64,000 nt of DNA from the NCBI GenBank assembly GCA_030691865.1, contig JAUYDL010000029.1, forward strand, positions 4,721 through 68,720, given 5' to 3'. Positions 8,536-18,513 of this stretch are shown piece after piece; position 1 is the first letter of the stretch; each line of letters begins with the position of its first letter. The position numbers and the translations under genes were made by a program. The notes under the pieces were generated by a model that was given only the letters and a program-made list of their open reading frames with translations, did no database searches and had not been told where the DNA came from. Origin of the DNA: Candidatus Omnitrophota bacterium. Its GTDB lineage: Bacteria > Omnitrophota > Gorgyraeia > Gygaellales > Profunditerraquicolaceae.

Positions 8536-9755
8536 TTGATTTCCGTGCCTTTGGCCACCACAACAATTCCCGATTCACTGACAAAAAACTTCTTCTTATC
8601 TTCTTCCAAATTAAAACCAATAACCATTCCCTGCGGTATACTCACATCTTTATCAATAATCGCCCGTTTAATTTTAGCGTGCCTGCCTACATTAACACTC
8701 TCCATTAAAATTGAATCATAGACCTCAGAGAAACTATTGATCCGGACATTCGGTGACAGTATGGAACGCTGCACCCGGCCGCCGGAAACTACGCAACCCT
8801 CCGAAACTATGGAATCAAGCACCAACCCCACCCTTCCTTCTTCTTTCTCTCCGGAGTGCACTGTTTTTACCGGAGGATACTGTTCCTGGAAGGTTCGAAT
8901 TAACCACTCCTGATCATAAAGATTAAACGTAGGATTAACCTGGATTAACTCCATATTTGCCTCGTAATAAGCATCAATGGTCCCGATATCCCGCCAATAC
9001 TCCTGGCTCTTATCCTTATTACGAAAATTATAAGCCGAGATCTTCATCCCTTTTTTTAACATCTGCGGGATAATATCTTTGCCAAAATCATGCGAGGATT
9101 TGCTATTCTTAGCATCCTCCAATAATTCCTGCATTAGTACCTTCTGATTAAATACATAAATCCCCATTGAGCCAAAAATCTTATCCGGTTTTCCGGGAAT
9201 AGTTTTAGGATTTGCCGGCTTTTCCTGAAAACCGGTAACCCGGCCCTGAGCATCTGCATCCACCACGCCCAGATGTTTAGATTTAGACTTATCGATCTCA
9301 ACCACCCCCACCGTCAGATCCGCGTTTTGCTCACGGTGCACATCGATCATAGAATAATAATTCATTTTATAGATATGGTCGCCGGCTAAAATCAAAACCT
9401 CATCCGGACGGTCCATTTCTAAAGTATAAAGATTCTGATAAATCGCATCCGCAGTGCCCATGTACCAGGAATCTCCGATACGCTGCTGCGCGGGAAGCAG
9501 CTCGATAAACTGGCCTAGTTCCGAAGGAAGAAAATTCCAACCCAAACGGATATGTTTTTGCAAGGAAGCGGATTTATACTGGGTAAGGATATAAATCTTG
9601 CGCATCCCTGAATTAATACAGTTACTTAAAGTAAAATCAATAATCCGGTAAATGCCCCCAAAAGGAACTGCAGACTTAGTGCGGTCTTTGGTTAAAGGCA
9701 ACAGCCGCTCGCCTTTTCCACCGGCCATAATAAAGGTTAAAACTTTACGCATCAT
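8532..9755 (-). CDS. glgC: Glucose-1-phosphate adenylyltransferase
   Basis: AGGKGERLLPLTKDRTKSAVPFGGIYR, GTADAIYQN, AGDHIYKMNY, DFGKDIIP. Confidence 0.95.
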   Translation of the reverse strand: MMRKVLTFIMAGGKGERLLPLTKDRTKSAVPFGGIYRIIDFTLSNCINSGMRKIYILTQYKSASLQKHIRLGWNFLPSELGQFIELLPAQQRIGDSWYMGTADAIYQNLYTLEMDRPDEVLILAGDHIYKMNYYSMIDVHREQNADLTVGVVEIDKSKSKHLGVVDADAQGRVTGFQEKPANPKTIPGKPDKIFGSMGIYVFNQKVLMQELLEDAKNSKSSHDFGKDIIPQMLKKGMKISAYNFRNKDKSQEYWRDIGTIDAYYEANMELIQVNPTFNLYDQEWLIRTFQEQYPPVKTVHSGEKEEGRVGLVLDSIVSEGCVVSGGRVQRSILSPNVRINSFSEVYDSILMESVNVGRHAKIKRAIIDKDVSIPQGMVIGFNLEEDKKKFFVSESGIVVVAKGTEIK

Positions 9756-10351
9756 TTAAGAAACGCTCCAATTATACCGTGCCTGATCATCATCACCGCG
9801 ATCGCCGCCAGCAATATATACATTATCTTAGAATATGCCCGTGTGCCGTTGGGGCCGATCACCTTCATTATCGTATCAGCCTTAACCAAAGTAATCCAGA
9901 CAAAAAACATATTTAATACTACTGCCACTAGGGTAGCCAGGGCGCCAAAACTGTTCATCATCATCAGCGTGGTAGTCAAAACCGCTGGCCCGGTAATTAA
10001 TGGTGTACCCAGGGGGAATACGCCCATGTCTTTATCATGAGAACTTGTTAATACGCTTTTCTGAGCACCCGGCAATAAAAGACGTACTGAAATAACAAAT
10101 AAAAGCGCGCCACCGGCAATCTGAAAATCAGGGATAGTTATACCTAAAAGCGAAAAAACCCACCGACCTATGAACATAAAAATAATCGCTACCGCCGTAG
10201 CAGTAGCAATCGCGTCTAAAATTATCTTATGCCTCTGAGTTTTTGAGGAACCCTCAACCAGAGATAGAAAAATAGGAATATTGGCAATCGCATCCACTGC
10301 CACAAACAGCGGAATAAAGCTAAGTATATAGGGTTTCAGCGCTTCCATCAT
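9752..10351 (-). CDS. MarC family membrane protein
   Basis: FQIAGGALL, VFPLGTPLITGPA, six hydrophobic segments. Confidence 0.88.
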   Translation of the reverse strand: MMEALKPYILSFIPLFVAVDAIANIPIFLSLVEGSSKTQRHKIILDAIATATAVAIIFMFIGRWVFSLLGITIPDFQIAGGALLFVISVRLLLPGAQKSVLTSSHDKDMGVFPLGTPLITGPAVLTTTLMMMNSFGALATLVAVVLNMFFVWITLVKADTIMKVIGPNGTRAYSKIMYILLAAIAVMMIRHGIIGAFLK

Positions 10352-10412
10352 AATTTATTATTATATAGAATAGTCAGTAAAATGGCAATAGAAAAAATCG
10401 ATTTAAAATAAA

Positions 10413-10453
10413 GGGGACGGTTCTATTTTCCGTATTAAAATAGAACCGTCCCC
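10413..10453. repeat. REP-like palindrome family A, copy 3
   Basis: ggggacggttctatttt...aaaatagaaccgtcccc. Confidence 0.9.
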
Positions 10454-10460
10454 TTTTATT

Positions 10461-11606
10461 CTATTCAATCTTATTAATGAGGAATAAGCAAAGAAAGCTG
10501 GTTAATGCGGATAAGACTATCAACCATTTTAAGCCCACCAGAGGAAGTAGGAATGCGCCGGATAAATTACTGCTTACTCCGGCTAAATTATTTATACTAC
10601 ATAAAAGCGCAAATGAAGTTGCCTCTAACCCGCGAACCGAGTGGCGGGCCATAAAATCCATAACCATCAAAAATATAAACATCCCCAAGAAACTATAAAC
10701 CACATCATAAGCTACTGCGGTTACCGGAGTATAATATAGGTAACTTAAGGTAGTTAATCCTCCCAAAAACACTGAATAATACAGCCACTTCTTAATATTT
10801 ATCTTTTGGCTAAATTTGTAATAAAGTAATGCCCCAATAACCCCAAACACCGTGCTAATCGTGCCTAATGTCCCGATCCACATCTTGCCCCATTTAAAAC
10901 TATCCCGCTGAATAAAAAATAACGGGGTGCCAAAAGATGGAGAGTATTTATACAAAAATATAAATAAACCGATAATCAATATTTTCTTATCACTAAAAAG
11001 TCTTTTTAGGTCCGTAAACAAGGTTGAATGCTTCTTCTCTGTTTTTTCTTCTTGATAAAAATACGCCGGCAGGCCAACCAATAAATAAATCGGAACCAAA
11101 CATAAGAAACCTACTTGATAACCCCATTTCTGGGCGATAAAAGCTCCGCCGATTCCGGTAAATAACCCGGCAATTAAAATTGAAATCCATTGAATGCTCT
11201 GAATCTTCCCGGTGGCCTGGTATTTCTTGCCTTCCACGCACATAATTCCATCAACCGCCACATCACGAAAAGCGGCATTGCCGGAACTAATGATCAGTAA
11301 TGCCACCAAGATAAAAAGCGGCAGATGCATTAAACCTAAAAATAAAACAAAAATTATATCCAGCGCTAAAGAAATAAATATCCAGGCTCGTTTACTAAAT
11401 AAATTATCGATAAGATAACCAATCAACGGCTTAACCAGCCAGGCAAAGGTAGTCAGGCTGCCGATAAGCATGATTTTTTCAGGAGAAAAATTCAGGGTCT
11501 CTTTAAGATAATAAAATAACCCTTGGGCCGGCAGGCCTTCTATGCCTTGCGTAAAATAAACCGCGCTACTTAGAGCAAATATCCAAAATAGTTTTTTATT
11601 CTTCAT
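10461..11606 (-). CDS. MFS transporter, folate-biopterin (BT1)-like
   Basis: YFTQG, WLVKPLIGYLID, AFRDVAVDG, GKIQSIQW, many TM helices. Confidence 0.8.
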   Translation of the reverse strand: MKNKKLFWIFALSSAVYFTQGIEGLPAQGLFYYLKETLNFSPEKIMLIGSLTTFAWLVKPLIGYLIDNLFSKRAWIFISLALDIIFVLFLGLMHLPLFILVALLIISSGNAAFRDVAVDGIMCVEGKKYQATGKIQSIQWISILIAGLFTGIGGAFIAQKWGYQVGFLCLVPIYLLVGLPAYFYQEEKTEKKHSTLFTDLKRLFSDKKILIIGLFIFLYKYSPSFGTPLFFIQRDSFKWGKMWIGTLGTISTVFGVIGALLYYKFSQKINIKKWLYYSVFLGGLTTLSYLYYTPVTAVAYDVVYSFLGMFIFLMVMDFMARHSVRGLEATSFALLCSINNLAGVSSNLSGAFLLPLVGLKWLIVLSALTSFLCLFLINKIE

Positions 11607-11618
11607 ATTAAAAATAAA

Positions 11619-11671
11619 GGGGACGGTTCTATTTTTCCTGCGTCCATTTCTAGAAAAATAGAACCGTCCCC
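11619..11671. repeat. REP-like palindrome family A, copy 4
   Basis: Inverted arms with internal ttctagaa. Confidence 0.9.
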
Positions 11672-11683
11672 TTTTATTTAATT

Positions 11684-11998
11684 TTATTGAACTCCTGCTG
11701 CATCCGGTTTAACTGTTTCTGCTGGCAAGATTACTGCGGGCTTTGCAGTACGCACATCGCGCATTAATGACTTACTCTGCTTAACCGATAAAACTGCCAA
11801 AGCTAAACAAGTTATGAAGAAAACAACCGACATAATCGTGGTTATACGCGTAAGAAAAACACTGGTCTTGGTTCCAAACATCGACTCTACCCCGGCAAAA
11901 CTTTCTACTAAGCCGGCGCCTCTTCCGCGCTGAATTAAAACTAATCCGATTAAAACTACACAAGCAGTCACATGAATTATAATCAAAAATGTCATCAT
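11684..11998 (-). CDS. secG: Preprotein translocase subunit SecG
   Basis: VLIQRGRGAGL...FLTRIT, two TM segments, follows tpiA. Confidence 0.92.
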   Translation of the reverse strand: MMTFLIIIHVTACVVLIGLVLIQRGRGAGLVESFAGVESMFGTKTSVFLTRITTIMSVVFFITCLALAVLSVKQSKSLMRDVRTAKPAVILPAETVKPDAAGVQ

Positions 11999-12762
11999 TT
12001 TACAACCTCGCTGGTTCGAGTAACGATTGCACTAAAACTATCCACCTTTAAGCTTGCCCCGCCCACCAAAGCACCGTCCACATCCGGTTTACCGATTAAC
12101 TCCGCAATATTTTCAGGCTTCACACTTCCGCCATACTGGATTCTAATACTACCGGCCACTTCTTCCCCATACATCTTTCTTAATAAATCACGGATATATT
12201 TATGCACTTCCTGCGCTTGATCGCTAGTAGCAGTCTTACCCGTACCAATTGCCCAAACCGGCTCGTAAGCAATCACAGTTTTGATCATATCTAGAGCGCT
12301 AATATCCGCTAGGCTACCTTGAATATGATTTTGGATAACTTTAAAGGTATTGCCCGATTCTCTTTCCTGCAGATTCTCCCCCACGCAAATAATCGGAGTC
12401 AACCCATGCTTTAAGCAGGCTTTAATTTTTTTATTTACAGTCTCATTAGTATCGCCGAAAAACTGCCTGCGTTCAGAGTGCCCGACAATAACATACTGGC
12501 AACCCGCATCCTTAAGCATAACCGCAGAAACCTCTCCTGTAAAAGCACCCTCATCCTGCCAATAGATATCCTGAGCGCCTATGGTTATATTACTATCTTC
12601 CAAATCATCCGCCAAATACGCCAGTAATGTATAAGCGGGACAAATTACGATATCCACATTTTCTATTTTATAAAGTTCTCTTTTTAAGGCAACCGCTAAT
12701 TCCTGGCCGTCTTTAATCGTTTTGTACATCTTCCAGTTTCCAGCGATAATTAATTTTCTCAT
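11995..12762 (-). CDS. tpiA: Triosephosphate isomerase
   Basis: AGNWKM, GHSERR, AYEPVWAIGTG. Confidence 0.97.
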   Translation of the reverse strand: MRKLIIAGNWKMYKTIKDGQELAVALKRELYKIENVDIVICPAYTLLAYLADDLEDSNITIGAQDIYWQDEGAFTGEVSAVMLKDAGCQYVIVGHSERRQFFGDTNETVNKKIKACLKHGLTPIICVGENLQERESGNTFKVIQNHIQGSLADISALDMIKTVIAYEPVWAIGTGKTATSDQAQEVHKYIRDLLRKMYGEEVAGSIRIQYGGSVKPENIAELIGKPDVDGALVGGASLKVDSFSAIVTRTSEVVK

Positions 12763-13940
12763 TTGTCCGTAAGCGCGGCAATCCCGGGTAAAGTTTTACC
12801 CTCCAAGAACTCCAGGCTTGCCCCTCCTCCAGTTGAAATATGCGACATCTTATCTTCTAAATTAAATTTAGCAATCGCGGCTGCCGTATCCCCTCCGCCG
12901 ATTATCGAAGTAGCCTTTAGGCCTGAGATAAATTTAGCCACCTCCAGCGTCCCTTTGCTAAAAGCATCCATCTCAAAAATTCCTAAAGGCCCGTTCCAAA
13001 CAATGGTTTTAGCCAAACTTAATTTATCTTCAAATAACTTAATTGTCTTAGGCCCGATATCCACGGCGATTTTACCGGCCGGTATATCAGGACCCACTAT
13101 TTCGGTTTTAGCCGCCGGATCAATATTATCCACCACTACGTGGTCAATAGGTAAAAGAATCGCTTTATTTAATTTTTTAGCTTGCTCTAAAATCGATCTA
13201 GCTAAATCTAGCTTTTCTTTTTCCAGCCGAGAATTGCCAATCTCTATGCCTTGGCTTTTTAGAAAAGTATAGGCCATACCACCGCCGACAATAATCGCAT
13301 CACACTTAGGAAGCAGATTTTGAATAACCCCGATTTTATCCGATACCTTGGCTCCACCTAAAATAACCATAAACGGTTTTTGGGGATTACTAACCGCGCC
13401 ACCTAAATATTTAATCTCTTTCTCTAAAAGAAATCCCGCGGCAGATTTTAAGAAATGCGTAACACCTTCGCAAGAAGCATGCGCCCGATGCGCCGTACCA
13501 AAAGCATCATTAACAAAAATATCCGCCAAGCTAGCTAACTTTTTGGCAAAATTTGCATCATTTGCTTCTTCTTCGGCGTGGAAACGTAAATTCTCCAGCA
13601 AAATTACTTTTTTTTTAGAATTATCGATTTCCTGTTTGATACTATCGCCAACACAATCATTAAGAAATAATACATCCTGCCCGAGCAGCTCTTTTAAACG
13701 CGCGGCTACCGGTTTGAGGCTGTATTTAGCCACCGCTTTGCCATCCGGCCGGCCTAAATGGCTCATAATTACTAATTTTTTGGCCCCCTTCTTTAAAATA
13801 TATTTTAAAGTAGGCACCGTTGAGCGAATGCGCGTGTCATCAGTAATATTAAGGTTGGCATCCTGCGGCACATTAAAATCCGCCCGCACTAATACTGTCT
13901 TGTTTTTTAAATCGATATCTTTTAAGGTTAATTTCGCCAT
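12759..13940 (-). CDS. pgk: Phosphoglycerate kinase
   Basis: RADFNVP, SHLGRP, NDAFGTAHRAH, STGGGASLEFLEG; start moved to ATG 13940 (MAKLT). Confidence 0.97.
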   Translation of the reverse strand: MAKLTLKDIDLKNKTVLVRADFNVPQDANLNITDDTRIRSTVPTLKYILKKGAKKLVIMSHLGRPDGKAVAKYSLKPVAARLKELLGQDVLFLNDCVGDSIKQEIDNSKKKVILLENLRFHAEEEANDANFAKKLASLADIFVNDAFGTAHRAHASCEGVTHFLKSAAGFLLEKEIKYLGGAVSNPQKPFMVILGGAKVSDKIGVIQNLLPKCDAIIVGGGMAYTFLKSQGIEIGNSRLEKEKLDLARSILEQAKKLNKAILLPIDHVVVDNIDPAAKTEIVGPDIPAGKIAVDIGPKTIKLFEDKLSLAKTIVWNGPLGIFEMDAFSKGTLEVAKFISGLKATSIIGGGDTAAAIAKFNLEDKMSHISTGGGASLEFLEGKTLPGIAALTDK

Positions 13941-14028
13941 CTCTTCTTCTTCCACAAGGAGGACACCCGCGCAATACCAATCAGCGCGGGGTGCCTTTCC
14001 GAATATTTAAGCTACAATTGACTAAACC

Positions 14029-15081
14029 TTATAGCCCCTTCTTAGCAATATACTCGCACAAATCCACTACCCGATTAGAATAACCCCACTCATTGTCATA
14101 CCAGGCCAGCACTTTAACAAAATCATCCTGAATAATCTTGGTAATCTTAGCATCCACTACCAAGCTTAATGCGCAATGATTAAAATCAATTGAAACTACC
14201 GGATCCTCAGTATATCCAAGTATCCCCTTCATTGCGCCTTCGCTAGCTGCTTTAAAAGCAGCATTCAATTCTTCAACCGTAGCTTTTTTTGCCAACATTA
14301 CGGTTAAATCTACTACTGAAACATTTGGCGTAGGAACACGAATGGCAAAACCATCCAGCTTACCTTTTAATTCCGGGATTACTAACGAAATTGCCTTAGC
14401 CGCACCTGTAGAGGTAGGAATCATCGAAACGGCAGCAGCGCGTGCGCGGCGTAAATCCGAGTGCGCCATATCCTGCAACTTCTGGTCATTAGTATAGGAA
14501 TGTATCGTAGTCATCAGGCCTTTAACAATCCCCCAATTATCCTGCATCACCTTGGCCACGGGTGCAAGACAATTAGTGGTACAAGAAGCATTGGAAATCA
14601 CGTGATGATTTTTAGGGTCATATTTTGATTCGTTCACTCCCAGAACAATGGTTATATCTTCCCCTTCAGCCGGAGCAGAAATAATAACTTTCTTAGCACC
14701 TCCCTTGGTGATATGATTCTCTGCGCCTCGCACTGTTTTGCCCTTCTTATTCACTCCGTCATGCTTAATGGTAAATAATCCGGTAGACTCCACAACGATC
14801 TCTACCCCTAAATCTTTCCAGGGTAACGCTGCAGGATCCGTTTCCTTTAAAACTTTAATCGCTTTACCGTTAACCGAAATTACATCAAGCGCGGTTGCCT
14901 TAACCTCACCGTTAAAGCGTCCATGCACAGAATCATATTTAAAAAGATAGGCGTTGCTCTTGGCATCCGTCAAATCATTAATTGCCACTAGCTCTATATC
15001 TTTACTATTCTTCTCTAAAATAGCCCGGGCCACTAAACGGCCAATCCTGCCAAAACCATTGATCCCCACTTTAACAGCCAT
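14029..15081 (-). CDS. gap: Type I glyceraldehyde-3-phosphate dehydrogenase
   Basis: [29 protein letters not shown]. Confidence 0.97.
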   Translation of the reverse strand: MAVKVGINGFGRIGRLVARAILEKNSKDIELVAINDLTDAKSNAYLFKYDSVHGRFNGEVKATALDVISVNGKAIKVLKETDPAALPWKDLGVEIVVESTGLFTIKHDGVNKKGKTVRGAENHITKGGAKKVIISAPAEGEDITIVLGVNESKYDPKNHHVISNASCTTNCLAPVAKVMQDNWGIVKGLMTTIHSYTNDQKLQDMAHSDLRRARAAAVSMIPTSTGAAKAISLVIPELKGKLDGFAIRVPTPNVSVVDLTVMLAKKATVEELNAAFKAASEGAMKGILGYTEDPVVSIDFNHCALSLVVDAKITKIIQDDFVKVLAWYDNEWGYSNRVVDLCEYIAKKGL

Positions 15082-15119
15082 TTGACTCCTCCTCTTATTA
15101 TAGTTTTTTGCTTTCGTGC

Positions 15120-15190
15120 TACATCCTATCTACTAACTACTACCTACCTGCCTGACGGCAGCCAGGGCAGGCAGGCTAACTACCCTATAT
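15120..15190. repeat. CCTGCCTG...CAGGCAGG palindrome nested in a short TACTAAC-like heptamer tract
   Basis: tcctatc tactaac tactacc tacctgcctgacggcagccagggcaggcagg ctaactacc. Confidence 0.6.
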
Positions 15191-15196
15191 TTATGT

Positions 15197-16198
15197 TTAG
15201 TCTTTTACGGCTTTTAAATACTGCGCGGCTAATTCAGGCGAGGTTGGATCAAGATAAAAACCAGTTCCCCACTCAAAACCCGCCACCTCAGTTAAACGCG
15301 GCATAATTTCAAGATGCCAATGGTAATACTCTACGCCGGCATCGCCATTAATCGGCGCAGAATGAATTATATAATTATATGACAAATTTACAAATACTTT
15401 TTTTAATTTCGCTAAAGTGTACTTTAAAATCTTGGCCAGCGCCACAATCTCTTCAGCTGACATATGGTAGAAATAACCGCTATGCTGCTTAGGAAAAATC
15501 ATAATCTCAAATGGAAACCGGGAAACAAAGGGGCAAAATGAAATGAAATACTTATTTTCTAAAATCACCCTCTCCTTATCCTGGACCTCCTGACGAATAA
15601 TATCGCAGAATATACAACGCTCCCGGTAATTATAATAATTTTGCGCTCCATGAATCTCCTCCAGCACATTTTTGGGTACCATCGGCAAGGCGACTAATTG
15701 CGTATGCGGATGCTCCAGGGAAGCCCCGGCTGCTGCGCCATAATTACGAAAGACCATAATATATTTAAAACGGCTATCTCTTCTTAGATCCGCTGCGCGC
15801 ACACAACACATCTTCACGTAACTTTCGATTTCCTGCGGCAGGAGATCCGAGATATCTTTATTATGATACGGGCTCTCAATTAAAACTTCATGCGCACCGA
15901 TACCGTTGGACATATCATAAATACCTAATCCCCGACGGTCAAGCTCACCTTCAATCTGTAAAACGGGAAATTTATTGGCTACCACGCGTACCTGCCAACC
16001 GGGAGTATTCGCCCCTGTGCCCGGATCGCGAAAACAACTTATTTCAGGCGGGGTCATAAATTCATTGCCATAACAAAACGGGCATAAACCTCCGTCGGGA
16101 ATATACTGCTCATATTTAAAATCTCCCGGTTTCTTCGGATGAACCGTATCCACGATCACCCAGCGGCCAACCACCGGATCTCTTCTTAATTCACCCAT
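15197..16198 (-). CDS. galT: GalT-family nucleotidyltransferase (galactose-1-phosphate uridylyltransferase-like), catalytic HPH intact
   Basis: ELRRDPVVGRWV, CPFC, GASLEHPHTQ, AGFEWGTG. Confidence 0.85.
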   Translation of the reverse strand: MGELRRDPVVGRWVIVDTVHPKKPGDFKYEQYIPDGGLCPFCYGNEFMTPPEISCFRDPGTGANTPGWQVRVVANKFPVLQIEGELDRRGLGIYDMSNGIGAHEVLIESPYHNKDISDLLPQEIESYVKMCCVRAADLRRDSRFKYIMVFRNYGAAAGASLEHPHTQLVALPMVPKNVLEEIHGAQNYYNYRERCIFCDIIRQEVQDKERVILENKYFISFCPFVSRFPFEIMIFPKQHSGYFYHMSAEEIVALAKILKYTLAKLKKVFVNLSYNYIIHSAPINGDAGVEYYHWHLEIMPRLTEVAGFEWGTGFYLDPTSPELAAQYLKAVKD

Positions 16199-17224
16199 CT
16201 ATATTTTAACCTCTCTTAAAAATTTAGCTGTATCTTCAGGCGGAAGCGGACAGATATAAAAACCCGTTCCCCATTCAAAACCCGCCACCTTAGTTAAACG
16301 CGGCATAATCTCGATATGCCAATGGTAATCCTGATCAATAGTCTTCCAGTAGCCCACCTTCTGCCGGCGAAAAGGCGCGGTATGAATGAGATAATTATAA
16401 TCCGGGTCATTCAATCCTATCTTTAACTTTAAAAGCACAGCTTTAAGCACGCGGGCTAGATTTCTCCTGGACTCCGCATCCATACAGGTATAATCACTGC
16501 AATGCTTCTTAGGTAAAATCCAGGTCTCAAAAGGAAACCGCGCGGCAAACGGGCTAACCGCAACAAAACCATCAAAATCTAAAATCACGCGTTCCTTTTG
16601 CGCCAATTCCTGTTTAATTAAATCGCAAAAAACGCAGCGCTCATGATAATCGTAATATTGACGCGCCCCAACCAGCTCTTCTTTTACGCGTTTAGGAGTA
16701 ACTGGTGTGGCAATCAATTGCGATCGCGCATGCCTGATCCCGCCGCCACCTGAACCTTTACCGTAATTTTTAAATACTAAAACATATTTAAACCGGCTGT
16801 CCCTCTCCAAATCCACTAATCTATCAGAATAGCAATTAAGCACTCTGGTAATCTGCTCTTCGCTTAAATCCGCCATATTGGCGATATGCTGATTCGTCTC
16901 AATCACAACCTCATGCGCACCTACGCCATTCATTACATCATAAATGCCGTTTCCACGACGATCTAAATCACCTTCAACCCTTAAAAATGGGGAAATGCTA
17001 GGAACTACGCGCAAATCCCAACCCGGGCCATTACGCGTAGAATTACGCGGTCGGATAGCATAAATTTCAGGGGGAGTATTTCCTTCCCTACCTTCACAAA
17101 ATGGGCAGGCCAACTGATCTTCCTGATCTTTGAGTTGGCCGACAAATTGATCAGGGCGCCGTGCGCGTTCGGTGGAGATAATTACCCACCTACCTATAAT
17201 CGGATCTTTCCTTAATTCTGGCAT
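16199..17224 (-). CDS. GalT-family paralog with degenerate active site (HAR instead of HPH)
   Basis: ELRKDPIIGRWVIISTERARRP, CPFC, GGGGIRHARSQ, AGFEWGTG. Confidence 0.85.
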   Translation of the reverse strand: MPELRKDPIIGRWVIISTERARRPDQFVGQLKDQEDQLACPFCEGREGNTPPEIYAIRPRNSTRNGPGWDLRVVPSISPFLRVEGDLDRRGNGIYDVMNGVGAHEVVIETNQHIANMADLSEEQITRVLNCYSDRLVDLERDSRFKYVLVFKNYGKGSGGGGIRHARSQLIATPVTPKRVKEELVGARQYYDYHERCVFCDLIKQELAQKERVILDFDGFVAVSPFAARFPFETWILPKKHCSDYTCMDAESRRNLARVLKAVLLKLKIGLNDPDYNYLIHTAPFRRQKVGYWKTIDQDYHWHIEIMPRLTKVAGFEWGTGFYICPLPPEDTAKFLREVKI

Positions 17225-17277
17225 AGAAAGTAATTATAACAGAACTCCTAAAAGTTGCAACAAGTTTATAACATCCC

Positions 17278-17353
17278 GTCATTGCGCGAAACGAAGCGAC
17301 CGAGGGCGAAATGCCCGAGGAAGTGCCGAGCCCATCCGGGCGAGGCCAATCTC
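17278..17353. repeat. Palindromic element family B, left arm (GTCATTGCG...CAATCT)
   Basis: gtcattgcgcgaaacgaagcg...gaggccaatctc; its ends are complementary to 18454-18492. Confidence 0.65.
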
Positions 17354-17358
17354 GTAAA

Positions 17359-18393
17359 CTATTTATTTTTCCTTAATAGGCGTTTAGCGGCTTTCCGCTC
17401 AATCATTTTTACCGAGCGATCAAAATCGCTGTCTTTTGCATCGCAGGCTTTGATCCTTTTGAGATTAAATTTATCATATTGTACTTCCGCATGCCCAAGC
17501 GCAAGCTCATGAGATATCTTGCCTGCATGAGCGAGAATTTCCCGCTCATTAAGCGACAAAAATCCGTCAAGCTTTTTAATCCAGTCCTTCATATACATGG
17601 GGGTACGGCGCATCGCCTGGCCTTCGGCGAAAATCAGATATTGCTCTACGAGATTGTTGAGCGCCAAAAGTTCTTGTCCATAAAGATAATTCTTCGCGAT
17701 GGCGACATCGTGTTTGCGAACTTTAGCGCCTCGCCAGCTGGTAAGCCCCATGTTCGTCTTTGAGCTGTCAGCGCGTTCGCGTATAATTTCCGCGGCTGTT
17801 TTGCCACTGATTGCCCAATGCATTTTATTCTGCACCGTTTTAAAGAAGTCAATGCTGATTTCCAATGCAGGATTGTAATCTACGCTAGTAGCATAAATGT
17901 CCGTTATCTTCTGATAGAACCGGCGCTCGGAGGTACGAATATCCTGAATACGCCGGACAACCTCATCAAAATAATCAAAGGGTTGATCGGGATTTTTAAG
18001 CCGTTCGTCATCAAGCACAAAACCTTTTACAATATATTCCCGCAAATGCTGGGTTGCCCATTGACGAAACCGCGTGGCGATATGTGATTTAACACGATAT
18101 CCAACAGAAATAATCACATCAAGATTATAATATTCAATTTTTCTTTTGACCGGCCGCGTACCTTCTATTTGAACTGTCAAGAATTCCTTGACAGTTGCCT
18201 TAGGTATTAATTCTCCTTCTTCGTAAATATTTTTAACATGGACGCTGATGTTCTGCTTAGTAGTCTGAAATAGTTCCGCCATCAACTGCTGAGTCAGCCA
18301 GACCGTCTCATTTTGAAAACGAACATCAATTTTAATTTTTCCGTCTTCAGTCTGATAAATTATCAACTCGGACTTATTTTCTTTATTTTCCAC
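17359..18393 (-). CDS. rhuM: RhuM family DNA-binding protein
   Basis: ETVWLTQQLMAELF, YNLDVIISVGYRVKS...ATRFRQWAT, IRTSERRFYQKITDIYA, VQNKMHWA. Confidence 0.92.
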   Translation of the reverse strand: MENKENKSELIIYQTEDGKIKIDVRFQNETVWLTQQLMAELFQTTKQNISVHVKNIYEEGELIPKATVKEFLTVQIEGTRPVKRKIEYYNLDVIISVGYRVKSHIATRFRQWATQHLREYIVKGFVLDDERLKNPDQPFDYFDEVVRRIQDIRTSERRFYQKITDIYATSVDYNPALEISIDFFKTVQNKMHWAISGKTAAEIIRERADSSKTNMGLTSWRGAKVRKHDVAIAKNYLYGQELLALNNLVEQYLIFAEGQAMRRTPMYMKDWIKKLDGFLSLNEREILAHAGKISHELALGHAEVQYDKFNLKRIKACDAKDSDFDRSVKMIERKAAKRLLRKNK

Positions 18394-18453
18394 TGGTTAA
18401 CTCCTTTTCTAACTTTTCAAGAAGTTATCTTTCATCTAGTTTGCCATAACCTT

Positions 18454-18508
18454 AGATTGCTTCGCCCCGCCTGCGGCGTGGCCCGCAATGACCGGAACCC
18501 GCAATGAT
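18454..18508. repeat. Palindromic element family B, right arm (AGATTGCTTCG...CGCAATGAC)
   Basis: agattgcttcgccccgcctgcggcgtggcccgcaatgac plus a second cgcaatga. Confidence 0.7.
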
Positions 18509-18513
18509 GCAAA

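Noticed and set aside
11607-11683. tRNA-Leu often found after secG
   Set aside because: The gap holds only a palindromic repeat; no cloverleaf or T-loop motif.
13961-13995. GC-rich hairpin between gap and pgk
   Set aside because: Single imperfect stem with no clear U-tract; could be a processing or attenuation site but is not supportable.
12763-14010. Long plus-strand ORFs (169 and 220 aa)
   Set aside because: Antisense to pgk; typical shadow ORFs.
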